Source: Diplonema japonicum (lineage: Eukaryota > Protista > Euglenozoa: Diplonemea). From it: 64,000 nucleotides of DNA. The stretch is from the NCBI GenBank assembly GCA_964019335.1, contig OZ025747.1:124001-188000 (forward strand), read 5' to 3'. Made by a program: the position numbers and the translations under genes. The notes beneath the pieces were generated by a model. It worked only from the letters and a program-made list of their open reading frames with translations. It made no database searches and was not told where the DNA came from. Positions 9,701 through 19,855 of the stretch are shown here, in pieces. The number at the start of each line of letters is the position of its first letter. Positions within the stretch are counted from its first letter, which is position 1.

Positions 9701-10265
9701 GGAAAAAAAAAAAAAGAAAAAAAAAAAAGGCGTCGGGGTCCGCTTCGCTGGGCACGTCCGGAGCCGGAACTCGCGGAAGAGCTTGTGGCAAGCTACAAGA
9801 AGAGATTCGACCAGTTGTTGGAGTCCTTTGCGGTGGTCATATCAGCAGACGACACCATTGCAACGTGCACCGTGTGCTTGGAGTATGGAAGAGGGAAATA
9901 TTCAAAAAAAAAAAAAAAAAAAAAAAAGAGATCTTATCGAGGGTTGTATAGAACTCCCTTGTGGACACCAGTTGCACCTTCAGTGCATGCAAGACTACAT
10001 TACCCATCAAGTTACAAAGCGGCGTCGGAAAACTGCAAAATGCCCAAACTGTCGCCACCCTGTCGAGCTCCCTGCAGAGGACCCTGAAGATCCTGCCCAT
10101 GCTTATGAAGACGGTGAGGGAGAAGAAGAGGAAGAAGGGCACAACATCCAGGAAGTGGTAGAAGATACTGACGTTGAGATGCAAACTGTACTCCCAGAGA
10201 CTGTAGAAGAAACTGCTTTGGACGACGAAGCTAGTGGTGAAGCGGACTACACTGTGCTTTCGTGA
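6747..10265 (+). CDS. Type I membrane protein: signal peptide, large Cys-rich ectodomain (PAN/apple-like segment), TM helix, cytosolic RING-H2
   Basis: Removing introns 9683-9729 and 9883-9928 restores CTVCLEDLIEGCIELPCGHQLHLQC...CPNCR. TM segment LPLWVYIVLMHVIGLSLLAVAVFF. Confidence 0.8.
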   Translation: MTPIARLLRSALLVVVLFAECFEGSGERCGCLQKGYFGDSFCGQHWTPEGEVEELWCYADIRNECESNTSGVRAGYPLIPFLGKDNWVACDVPNEPEYLTNYTESFTQNVGEDPIHFILFCGGNNADTRKVQVIGSKNKLILNKISFYFTEEQSYKSIQYSKQEISLKHNPVSSDAHSLSDLLAVGTDSGYLYMFQAASRGPGLELALIDIVENHHLHTDWGWYQEEVKATSVVSNVAVNDEFVAAAFGWWVVVLRFSYTHTNKQTLFHLQGQVFSQKIVDRRGSGIAIVTGLALTTSNALVITATDGSVRLYHYENERNTFIYSEMSVQTELPPPLTKYPPKNSVGYQEIVTRTGLNKAITTTIPPDAGYPAKGIRRYSVVGGLHDDAWWRSGTNVKSFSQAWGISTYAVVGTETNDGDTIRNLEIFKSQQGNGQAARNYHASFNITAMNETDNSSSSFPPTDDPFYPDGSNDTLPFGAVCWTSLNPRGNQRWEGWCVLPYNCLPFNSDFSTYTCQDPAMYEAANEAGVMVGVSSNVYTLGIVVGSTVTTHTAANELLCVSQWDCTHENEKRFDCTWYDSTGMASVTDCVDGTTCSGCDCSGHGGIARCPPESPLMCVSTECFNGNGPCCSTNCDNLSGERECAGPLGRYRPMSTPICIPGTQHIQTLDECKEISLVLAENFTVLNGSSTDPSCYHADGVVTWNPLSSLFAAPLPSNITSLYSMMANTSVSPRIPYVKRELFWRDLEACLAECYLDASCGGATFAEYQENCTFYTSTVMGNASNFEESFDADLYVLATRDVLKAARVFPNETGRANQLTSFCESDNWVLGSGSSSSSSCQALAMWSIISHMECIRAVENLVERSLLVLNTTFVTPIPLNYLNPGCVVNVKGGYRWVTFNPYVSTGIFEPLSEGFLPVCATEEDPNRPTPIPDQPVSPTPEPKPVSRKLFYLPLWVYIVLMHVIGLSLLAVAVFFNRTGYGDGRREKKKKKKKKGVGVRFAGHVRSRNSRKSLWQATRRDSTSCWSPLRWSYQQTTPLQRAPCAWSMEEGNIQKKKKKKKRDLIEGCIELPCGHQLHLQCMQDYITHQVTKRRRKTAKCPNCRHPVELPAEDPEDPAHAYEDGEGEEEEEGHNIQEVVEDTDVEMQTVLPETVEETALDDEASGEADYTVLS

Positions 10266-10979
10266 TGAGAGTTGGGCCTTAAGGGTTGTTATTAGCAGGG
10301 TTTCACTCCCCTGTATTGCCCTTCTTTTTATATTTTTTTTCCCCCTTTCATTTACAACGAAGAAGAAACACTTTTCTTTTTTTTTTTTTTTTTTTTTTTT
10401 TTATTCCCACAAATTATTGTCCACTGAAACCAGTGGGGGGGGGGGGGGGGGAGATGATACGAGAAAACGCTGAAACCAGTGAGAATGTTTTTTTTTTTCT
10501 CTATTTTTTTGTTTCTCGTTGTTATTTTGGTTTATTCATTTTTTTTTTAAAGGGTGGTCCTCAAGTGGGAAATGCCCTTAAGCACCTCCTTTTTTTTCCC
10601 CTCTAAAAAAAAAAAACTCGCAATTTCTTGTCGCGGTTCTTCCTGTTTTTTCTTCTTCTATAACTTGAATTGTGAAGGAATTAAAGAAATTAAAAATTAA
10701 AAAAAAAAAATGAACAAAAAAAAAAAGGAAAGGAAACCTAACCAGAATTCTCAATCCCCGTCCCGCCCCCTCTCTCTCTCTTCTCTCTTAAGTTCCGTGT
10801 TAAGTTCGAAAACCTTTTTATACCTTCACCCCCCTTCACTTCCCCTTCACTCCTGTTTATTCATTCTGTTTAATTCAGTACCCCCCCTTTTTCTTGTTAT
10901 ATTTTTTTCCCCCCTCCATTCTTCATTATGGCCTATTACGCCCACCACAGTTTCAAACACAAAACCCTTTAAAAAAAAA

Positions 10980-12194
10980 ATGGCCCTTTTCAAGAGCATC
11001 GAGGTAGGGGCGATGAGCCTGAAGCACAGGATTGCGATGCCGCCTCTGACGCGTCTGCGGGCGGTGAAGGAGACGCTTGCCCCTGGGCCGAGCATGGTGG
11101 AGTACTACTCGCAGCGGGCGTCCGAGGGAGGCCTCTTGATCACTGAGGCGACATGCGTTTCCGTGGAGGGGGTGGGGATCCCGTGCACACCGGGGATCTG
11201 GACAACGGAGCAGGCGGCCGGGTGGAAGAAGGTGACGGACGCAGTGCACGCCAAGGGGGGCAAGATCTTCGTGCAGCTGTGGCACATGGGACGCGTGAGC
11301 CACGAGTCGTACAAGGAGCACCCGCTGCTCGCGTCGCGAACGGGCGTCATGGCACCGTCTGCGGTGGGGTGGGAAGGCGGGGAGGTGCACACGACCAGCG
11401 GGATGCAGCCTGCACCGGTACCTCGCGCCCTGACAACAGAGGAGGTGAAGGAGCTGGTGGGGACATACGCAAAGTCGGCGAAGCTTGCAGTGTCTGAGGC
11501 AGGCTTCGACGGGGTGGAGATCCACTCGGCACACGGCTACCTGCTGGACCAGTTCCTGTGCTCGGCAACGAACAAGCGCACCGACGAGTACGGCGGCTCT
11601 GTCGAGAACCGTGTGCGCCTTCTGCTGGAGGTGGTGGAGGCTGTGAGCGAGGCGGTGGGGTCCCAGAGGGTGGCGGTGCGCCTGTCGCCGACGACCGCGG
11701 ACTCGATGACCTACCACGGGGCAGTGGACGAGGACCCTGTGGGGACCTACAGCACAGCGGTGGAGGGGCTGAACCGCTTCAACATGGCGTACCTCCTCCT
11801 GTCGGAGCCGCGTTGGGACTTCGGGAAGTACGACGACAACATCGAGAAGGACCCTGGGTTCCAGACACCGCTTGTCAACGGTGATGTCTACCGCAAGATC
11901 TACAAGGGAGTCCTCATGGGGGCGGGGGGCTTCACCCCGAAGACTGCGGTGGAGGCCTTGGAGGAAGGGACCTACGACATGATAGCCTTCGGGCGCTGGT
12001 TCATCGCGAACCCCGACCTTCCCGAGAAGATCCGCACGGGTGCTCCCCTCAACAGGTACAACCGTGACACCTTCTACGCCCACACCGAAGTTGGCTACAC
12101 CGACTACCCCACCCTGGAGCAGCGCAAGAACGGCACCACCAACGGCTACAACACCATCGAGCAGGGTGCTGTCGGGGCCACTCTCAAGAAGTAA
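10980..12194 (+). CDS. Old Yellow Enzyme / NADH:flavin oxidoreductase (alkene reductase)
   Basis: MPPLTRLRA, YYSQRAS, QLWHMGR, GFDGVEIHSAHGYLLDQFL, NKRTDEYGGS, FIANPDL, GYTDYP. Confidence 0.95.
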   Translation: MALFKSIEVGAMSLKHRIAMPPLTRLRAVKETLAPGPSMVEYYSQRASEGGLLITEATCVSVEGVGIPCTPGIWTTEQAAGWKKVTDAVHAKGGKIFVQLWHMGRVSHESYKEHPLLASRTGVMAPSAVGWEGGEVHTTSGMQPAPVPRALTTEEVKELVGTYAKSAKLAVSEAGFDGVEIHSAHGYLLDQFLCSATNKRTDEYGGSVENRVRLLLEVVEAVSEAVGSQRVAVRLSPTTADSMTYHGAVDEDPVGTYSTAVEGLNRFNMAYLLLSEPRWDFGKYDDNIEKDPGFQTPLVNGDVYRKIYKGVLMGAGGFTPKTAVEALEEGTYDMIAFGRWFIANPDLPEKIRTGAPLNRYNRDTFYAHTEVGYTDYPTLEQRKNGTTNGYNTIEQGAVGATLKK

Positions 12195-12334
12195 ATGAAC
12201 GGATGGAAAAAAAAAAAAAGAGAGAAAAAAAGGAATAACAGAAAAAAAAAGAAAAAAAAAAAGAATGAGTGATGTTGATTCGAATTCTTTTTTATTCTAC
12301 TTCTTTTTTTTTTTTTTTTAGTCGAACTTTTAAG

Positions 12335-12375
12335 TCAGGCGTCCTGTCACATACCGCAGGTACCCTTAAATGTCT
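12335..12375. repeat. Dispersed ~41-bp repeat, copy 1 (copy 2 at 57033-57073)
   Basis: TCAGGCGTCCTGTCACATACCGCAGGTACCCTTAAATGTCT is identical at both sites, and each copy is followed by a T-run. Confidence 0.85.
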
Positions 12376-12874
12376 CTTTTTTTTTTTTTTTTAATTCTAT
12401 TGATACATATTATTTACATTATACTAACAAGCAACAAAGGAACAAAAAGAAGAAAAAAAGAAATAGGGTAGTAGCCTCTCCCCTTCCTAAATCGTAAAGA
12501 ACAAGGAAGGGCTGCCTATAAGGCGGGCTGTTTTAAGGTCCCCGAAAAAAGGCAGTACCCTCATTCTTTTTTTTCTTGTTTGGTTATTCCTCCCTCTTAT
12601 ACAGATTTAAAAAAAAAAAAGCAAAATAACTAATCACACTACGAAATACAAAATTCCATCCAACTAGCTTGCAATATATGCTTTCATCATATTACAAGAA
12701 GACTTTTTATCCCCCCCCCTATTCCCGTTCCTTTTTTTTTTAAAAAAAAATTCCCTCTCCTCCTTTTTTTTTTTCTGTTCACTATTCCCCGTTTGTTTCC
12801 TGGTTTTTTTTTTTCCTTTTTTTTATTCCTGCGCGCCTGCATTTTTTTTTTTTAAATATTTTTTTTTAAAGGGA

Positions 12875-13585
12875 ATGCCCAAGCGAAAACGAATAGAGGA
12901 AACAGATGACGCAAATATTTCCCTAACGCGTGATGAAAGAGAACTGGTGTCCCAAATCGAGAGGATGAAGCTAGAAGTGTACAGCGAATGCAGTGCAAAG
13001 CGGAAGATGTTCAAGGGATGGAAGTGCCCGAAGGCGATTCTTGACATGTTGATAATGAAAATGGTGAAGCTAGCGAAAATCAATGAAAATGATACATTCC
13101 TCGACCTCGGTTGCGGCACAGGCAACGTCATAGCAAGTATAGCCTCCATCACAGGGTGTAAATGTATAGGTGTGGAGATAACAAAGGAGAATTTCACGGT
13201 TGCTGAGATGTCTCGCGAGAAATTTTCCGAGTACAGGCAAATCCACGGTCTTCCCGACCCCAATGTCACCTTCATCCATGGTGATATTAAAAGAGAGCTT
13301 CCACACCTTGCGCCCTCCGCAACTGTCGTTTGGATCTCAAACATGCTTTTCCCTTTGGACACCGATGTTGCCGTCTACCAGCAGCTTAAGAGGTTCCCCC
13401 CGGGTGCGCGGATTTTCACCATGAAAAACCTTGTTAACCACCACAGGCTAAGCAGTTATAAGCAGGCCGAGGGTGCGAAGTGGTTCACATTCACTGACTT
13501 CTCCTGGGCCCCCAACGACGTGGAATGGTGCAACAACCCGGGAAACATGTATTTGTACAAACGTACCACTTACACGGGGGAGTAG
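12875..13585 (+). CDS. DOT1: DOT1-type histone H3 lysine methyltransferase (short catalytic-core form)
   Basis: TFLDLGCGTGNV, CIGVE, FIHGD, VWISNMLF and VEW motifs. Size is like the short kinetoplastid DOT1A/B. Confidence 0.8.
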   Translation: MPKRKRIEETDDANISLTRDERELVSQIERMKLEVYSECSAKRKMFKGWKCPKAILDMLIMKMVKLAKINENDTFLDLGCGTGNVIASIASITGCKCIGVEITKENFTVAEMSREKFSEYRQIHGLPDPNVTFIHGDIKRELPHLAPSATVVWISNMLFPLDTDVAVYQQLKRFPPGARIFTMKNLVNHHRLSSYKQAEGAKWFTFTDFSWAPNDVEWCNNPGNMYLYKRTTYTGE

Positions 13586-13631
13586 TTTTCACCCTCCCCC
13601 AAAAAAGAAAGAAAAAAAAACCGCAAACCTG

Positions 13632-13864
13632 TCACGGTTTTAAACGGGTCTTCACTGACCCGTCTTGCTACCATGCCGATGGGGTGGTAACTTGGAACCC
13701 GTTGTCGAGTTTGTTCGCCGCGCCCCTTCCGAGTAATATAACTAGTCTGTATTCTATGATGGCCAACACCAGCGTATCCCCGAGGATACCTAACGTTAAG
13801 AAGGAGTTGTTTTGGAGGGATCTCGAAGCTTGCCTCGCAGAATGTTATTTAGATGCAAGCTGCG
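13632..13864 (+). pseudogene. Duplicated fragment of the RING-ligase ectodomain coding sequence (source 8794-9027)
   Basis: 233 bp with 4 substitutions and a 1-bp deletion relative to the source. No start codon context. Confidence 0.9.
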
Positions 13865-14052
13865 CCCTCGTCTGAATCTCAACATTGCTTTTTCGAAAAT
13901 CGAAAAAAAGAAAAAAAAAAAATATTGCTCAGGTCGGGTTTTTTAAAACTACGATTGGATCTTAAACTTAATGAAAGAAAAATGAAATCTAAAAGGGGGG
14001 AGGAAGGGGAGGGGAAAAAAAAAAAAAAAAAAAAAAAGAAACACACCACTAA

Positions 14053-16852
14053 ATGACTGTCAACGACCCCAGCCCGCTTTACACAGGGCTCGACTACGAA
14101 CTACCGCCGCCATCCGTTCGTCTCACAAACTACCCAACTTGCAACTACGACGCTTGCGAGAATGCCTCCTATCGCGCCTACAAGGACAGACTTGTAGAGA
14201 CAGGACAAAGCCGGTATTTCAAACTGTTACAGTGGGGCCTGACCTTCGTCATCGGAGTCGGGACAGCCCTCGTGGCCTACGGGATAGACGTGGTGGTTCA
14301 TCAGTTGGAAGAACATAAAAACGACTGGGTGGTTGACAGAATCAACGACGACAACGGTTCAATGAGCAAACCCTTCGGACTTCTCATGGGGGTTAATATG
14401 GGTTACGTTGCTGTGGCAGCGTTCCTCGTCTTCCTCGTCCCGGCGGCAGCGGGTTCAGGCATCCCCGAGGTTAAGTGCTATCTAAACGGTTTACGGCTAC
14501 CGGACATATTAGCATTACGAACTTTAATCGCAAAAGCGACCGGTGTACTAATGTCGGTGTCAGGTGGGCTGCCCTGCGGGAAGGAAGGACCTATGATTCA
14601 CTCCGGTGCGATAATCGCGTCCGGTGTGTCGCAGGGAATCCTGCCGTGGAAGAGCAGCGGCGAGCATAGTTTCTGGTTCTCCGAGGGTATCCAAAAAATA
14701 TTCCTCCCGTTCCGTGATGATAAGAGCAAGCGGGACTTCATATCTTGCGGTGCAGCTGCTGGTGTATCCGCCGCCTTTGGCGCTCCTGTCGGCGGTGTTC
14801 TGTTCGCCTTAGAAGAAGGCTGTTCATTTTGGGACCCAGAACTGACATGGAGGCTGTTCTTCTGTTCCATTACATGCGCGTTCTCCATGGCGTTCTTTAC
14901 GAATACCGGGACAGGGGAACGGTCTTTGAACGCCCCTGGTATGATTGATTTCGGAGATTTTTCAGGAAGCGAGGTCGTTCCGTTCTCGTCGGTCGAAATA
15001 ATATGGTTTATTCTAATCGGCGGTGCCGGGGGGCTGCTCGGAGCCTTGTTTAATTTCATCAACTTGGAGGTTACAAAATTCAGATCAAAACGAGACGAAT
15101 ACTTCAGCACAATGGGCTACGGTTCTCTAACAGTCCGCGGAGTGAAATTTTTTGAGGCACTGGTGATGTCGCTGTTGGTTACGGGTGCAGCGTTTTTTTG
15201 CATGGCGGGGTTGGACCCTGTTTGTAACTCCGCGCCGAAATTTAACCCGGAAACTGACGGATCAGATGTGACCGATCTTTTGGTGACTGTAAAATGTCCG
15301 GACGGGCAGTACAATTCGCAGGCTACGTTGTGGCTGAACAGCGCGTCAGAATCCCTTCGTTTCTTGTTCCATTTCACCGGCAACTTCGATAAAATATCGC
15401 TCCTGATAGCCGGGATACTATACTTCACGTTGATGGTGGTAAATTACGGGGTTGCCGTCCCATCCGGACTCTTCGTCCCATCGCTGGTGACCGGTGCTTT
15501 GTTTGGAAGAATCGCAGGCGAGCTGATCAAACAGATACCGTACCATGAGTTTCAGAAAATCGATGCTGGGACGTACGCGTTGATAGGAGCTGCTTCATTC
15601 CTTGCAGGGGTGTGCCGCATCACATTCTCGTTGACCGTTATTCTTATCGAGGCTACCAGAGACATCGCTTACGCACTGCCGTTGATGTTTTGCATTATGA
15701 CCGCTAAGCTTGTCGGGGACGCCTTCAACAAGGGTATCTATGATATGCATATTGAACACCGCAAGCTTAGCTTCCTTGAGCCGTCTATCAATGAAACAGA
15801 GGTTCGGCGAACAACCGTGTCCAGCTTCATGACGAAGAAGGAGTCGTTGGTGACGTTCAACCCTGTCGAATCCGTCTCCAGGATTTTAACCGCGTTGAAG
15901 ACACGGAAATTCTGCGGGTTCCCCGTGTGCAGGGACGACCACGCCCACTACGGTACGCAGCACGACGGGCTCATGACAAGGTCGCGGCTGCTCGTGCTCC
16001 TGAAAAAAAAAGCGTTCAAGGACCACCGGAAAATCTTCGTCACGAAAACCCTGCTCGCCTCCTCCCTCGTCACAGAAGATGGGACAGCTGTGCCCGACGA
16101 GAACGAGCAGGGCCATTACACCAGCGGTGCGGAACAGGTTCTCAGTTTCATGCATAAGCATCGGTTGGACAGGTTGTGTGGAAAGGTATTTTAAATTCTA
16201 AAAAAAAAATAATTTCCTTCAAAAGGCTCATGGTGCTTCCAGCATGATAGGCAACATGGTAACGGTAAGCTTGGAGGGCTTCGGCGAAGAAGTGTCACTA
16301 CCATACAAATCTGTTCACGGTATGTTGATGGGAGAAACGAGGACGGGAAATTTTTTTTTTTTTTTTTACATAGATGTGCCCCATGATTCGAATTTTCTAT
16401 CATGGGATGAATTCAACTATCCCAATGTGAACTACAAAGCTCTGCAAGGCTCCGTGGGGCTTCAGGCTATAGAGGACGGTCTAAGTGAGGACGACTACGA
16501 CCAGCTGATCGATCTCAGACCGTACATGAACCCGCAACCTTTTCTCGTCCCCGACAATTTCTCGTACAATCGGTGTTACAAGCTCTTCAGGTCCGTAGGA
16601 ATGCGACATATGCTTGTGATAGATGGTGCTCACAAGATATCTGGAATCGTTACCAGATTTGACTTGTGGCGCACGTATCACCAGCTGGAGCACCCTCCCA
16701 AAGGATGGAAGAACGATAGAGGCGTTCTCGTGAAGGACGCAGAATACTCTGAACCCTCCGAAACCGGAAACGACGACAGCCACACCATTCGAACTGACGA
16801 AGGGGGGTCCATGTGGGATGGGGAAGGGTTGCCCTCCTTCAACCCTTTCTAG
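14053..16852 (+). CDS. CLC chloride channel/antiporter (CLC-6/7-like) with CBS domains
   Basis: GSGIPE, GKEGPMIH, GLFVP and IYD signatures. Introns 16186-16225 and 16320-16373 join the two ORFs, including the second CBS domain. Confidence 0.95.
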
Positions 16853-16982
16853 ACCCTAGATATAAAAAAAAAAAATTTTTTTTTTTGAGGACAACGCACT
16901 GGGGAAAAAAAAAAGTTGGGGGAGTGACTTACACCGGGGAAAAAAAAAAAAAAAAAAAAAAAAAAAATAATAAATAATAACC

Positions 16983-17589
16983 ATGGTGAACCCCCCGAAC
17001 CCCACTGCTACCTTCACGACAAGCTTCGGGCGATTGAAAATCGAGATTTTCGAGGACGACGTGCCAGAGACCGCGTGCAACTTCATAGATTTGGTGCAGA
17101 AGGGTTTCTATACTAAATTGAGGTTTCACGACCTTAAGCCTGGATTTGCTTTCTATACAGGTTGTCCCAACACGGCCCTTGGGTTGCCGAAGGCAAGACA
17201 AGCGCTTGTTGGGACAGGAGGTCCGGTGCCTGGGACAGAATTCACCGTAAGAAGAAGGGGGAAGCCTGTGGAGAGAGATTCCTATGGTTTCATCAAGGAC
17301 GAGAAGACAGCTAAACATTCGAATACGTACGGGACAGTCTCAATGGCGAACTGCGGCCCCGACACCAACGGCTCGATCTTCTTCGTGAATATGGCAGACA
17401 ACACACACCTTGATTGGTGGGACAAGAGCGCACCCGACAGCAACGTTGTATTTGGAAAGATCATATCTGGGATGGACGACATTGAGGATCTGGCGGTATG
17501 AGAAAAAAAAATAAAAAAAATCAACAACTCAACAGCATTCATTTTGGGGCGCTTACCAGCCTTTCATTTACAGCGCAGTAATGGACTGA
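16983..17589 (+). CDS. Cyclophilin-type peptidyl-prolyl isomerase (divergent)
   Basis: PETACNF, GFY..LRFH, GTVSMANCGPDTNGSIFFVN, VVFGKII. Intron 17496-17535 adds the last exon. Confidence 0.9.
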
Positions 17590-17838
17590 AAAAAAAAGGA
17601 AAAAAAAAGGGGGGGGAGAGGGAGGAAGAAATCTAACCAAAAAAAAAACCTTTTTTTTTTCTCTTCTACCTTCCCCCCTCTCCTTTTTCCACTTTTTTTT
17701 TCTCTCTACTTTCTTTTTCGTTCTACTTGTCCTTTTTAGTCCCTCTAAACGTTTTTCTCTTTTTTTTTCTCCCCCCCCGTTCTATTTCTAAACTCATCAA
17801 AGGCCAAAAAAAAAAATAATAATAATAGTAATAAAACC

Positions 17839-19740
17839 ATGGGTGTTCCACAACTGTTCCAGTGGGTATTTTACAGGTACCCCAAGGCCATCAGGGCGGC
17901 GAAGAAGGGGGAGGCGGGTGGGGTGGACTGTCTGTACTTCGATTTAAACAGTGTGATCCACAACTGCTGCCACGGGAGCGACCCGTTACCGGAGGGGTCC
18001 TCCGAGGACGATATGGTTCTACGCATCTTCCAAGCACTGGACGAAGTCATCGAACTGGTGGGCCCGAAGAAGCTGATCTACCTATCCATAGATGGGGTCG
18101 TACCAAGAGGTAAGCTTGTCCAACAACGAAGCAGGAGGTTCAAGGAAAGCGACGAGAAAAAATCCGACTGGGACGCCAACAAAATCTCTCCGGGCACAAG
18201 CTTCATGAAGAAGATCAAGGACGCCTTGACATGGTTTGCCTACGACCGAACCAACACCGACGACATAGTCAAAAAAACCGCTTTTGTTATATCCGATTCT
18301 TCAGTACCAGGCGAGGGTGAACAGAAAATCATAGAGTACATGAAAGAGCTTCGAGAAACCCCGGGTTACGACCCGAACACTACACATTGCATTTGTTCCC
18401 AAGACGCTGATTTAATCCTGTTGGGGCTTCTTGCACATACTCCGCATGTTATGCTGCTCCGTGAATATCAAGAAGTTCGGCCTCCAAAGTTCCATCAACC
18501 CCGATTCAGAGCCAAGGACACTTTAAACTGGGACTTTGTTGATCTTTCCACAGTTCGAGAATACATAGCCGCGGACCACTGTGAGCTGCAAGGAATAGAT
18601 CTTGAGAGGTGTATTGATGATTTCGTGCTTCTCTGCATTCTCATGGGCAGCGATTTCGCTCCGTCGCTCCCTTCAGTTACTGTCAAAGACGGGATGCTCG
18701 AAGCGATTATCGAATACCACAAGGAGCATTTTCATGGGCATCTTATTGAAGGAACGGAGATTAGATTCGACAGGCTGTTTTACATTCTCGATCATCTCGC
18801 GCAGCTTGAGCATCTTGTGTTCCGTGCAAGGGCTGGTATGATGCGTCATGGAGTCCCGGATGGGGAGTTCGACTTCACCACAACTGACTACCCTCAAAGG
18901 TACGCGTTGAAAGTGGGTGCGAAACCGGACCTCGCAAGAGAATATCTGCAAGGAATAGCGTGGAGCGTCAAATACTTCTTCACAGGTGACGCTTCGTGGG
19001 AGTGGTGCTACCCATCGCCGTACCCTCCTTTAGTCTCGTCTCTTGCAATCGCCTGCAGGGATTTCAAACCCGAACCAACGGTGTATGCAGGGCCCTGTTT
19101 GACACCAATGGAAACATTGCTTGCAATCCTACCGAAATCCTCGAATTCCGCTGTCCCGAAATTTTTAAGGCTTCTCACCGATACCGGGGCACCGTTGTCG
19201 CATCTTCACACTGTTTATGTAACGGAGAAGTTAGCAGGGAGAACGCTGACAATTGCTTCGCCCGTCGACACTGATAAGCTGAAGAAAATAGTCGCGCCTT
19301 TGAAGAAAACCTTCACCGCATTGGAAAAGGAACTTGACTTGCTGGGGAATGTAGTGGTGTTTGCCCACAAGGACGTCCTCCCCGGGTTGGTAAAACTTCT
19401 TCCCGTCACAGGCGGGAAGCGGCCCCTCGAAAATGAGGACGAGGAACCCGCTGCTCTTTCCACCGCAGACGTCATTGGCCACAACATAGTCGGGACCATC
19501 AGTGCGTGTCCTACTGCTGTTCCTCTTAATGGGTCGTACCGTCTCTCTTGGGACCTCCTCGATCCTACTGACGAGCTGCAGGTTTGTTGCATACACCTGA
19601 AGCCTTCCCCCCACCTCCAACACCACGAAGCGTTGCTCGCAAACACTGTGCTCCCTCCGAAGGTGCTTGGTGCCACTGAGTCCCTCATGGGGTCTGAGAA
19701 GGTCTTCCCTCCTATTGCAGATTTGAAGCCTAAGTATTAA
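17839..19740 (+). CDS. XRN-family 5'-3' exoribonuclease
   Basis: MGVP, LYFDLNSVIH, DGVVPRGKLVQQRSRRF, ISPGT, PGEGEQKI, DADLILLGL, SWEWCYP. Confidence 0.93.
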   Translation: MGVPQLFQWVFYRYPKAIRAAKKGEAGGVDCLYFDLNSVIHNCCHGSDPLPEGSSEDDMVLRIFQALDEVIELVGPKKLIYLSIDGVVPRGKLVQQRSRRFKESDEKKSDWDANKISPGTSFMKKIKDALTWFAYDRTNTDDIVKKTAFVISDSSVPGEGEQKIIEYMKELRETPGYDPNTTHCICSQDADLILLGLLAHTPHVMLLREYQEVRPPKFHQPRFRAKDTLNWDFVDLSTVREYIAADHCELQGIDLERCIDDFVLLCILMGSDFAPSLPSVTVKDGMLEAIIEYHKEHFHGHLIEGTEIRFDRLFYILDHLAQLEHLVFRARAGMMRHGVPDGEFDFTTTDYPQRYALKVGAKPDLAREYLQGIAWSVKYFFTGDASWEWCYPSPYPPLVSSLAIACRDFKPEPTVYAGPCLTPMETLLAILPKSSNSAVPKFLRLLTDTGAPLSHLHTVYVTEKLAGRTLTIASPVDTDKLKKIVAPLKKTFTALEKELDLLGNVVVFAHKDVLPGLVKLLPVTGGKRPLENEDEEPAALSTADVIGHNIVGTISACPTAVPLNGSYRLSWDLLDPTDELQVCCIHLKPSPHLQHHEALLANTVLPPKVLGATESLMGSEKVFPPIADLKPKY

Positions 19741-19855
19741 CTGGAAAGTGTTTTTTTTTTCCCTTTTTTTTTTCCCATTGCATTTTTGTGATACAATCCC
19801 TCACATTTTTTACAGGAACTTGAAAGGGAAGAGAAAAAAAAAAGAAGCCGCAAAG

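Noticed and set aside
10953-12083. 376-aa minus-strand ORF
   Set aside because: Antisense shadow of the GC3-rich OYE gene.
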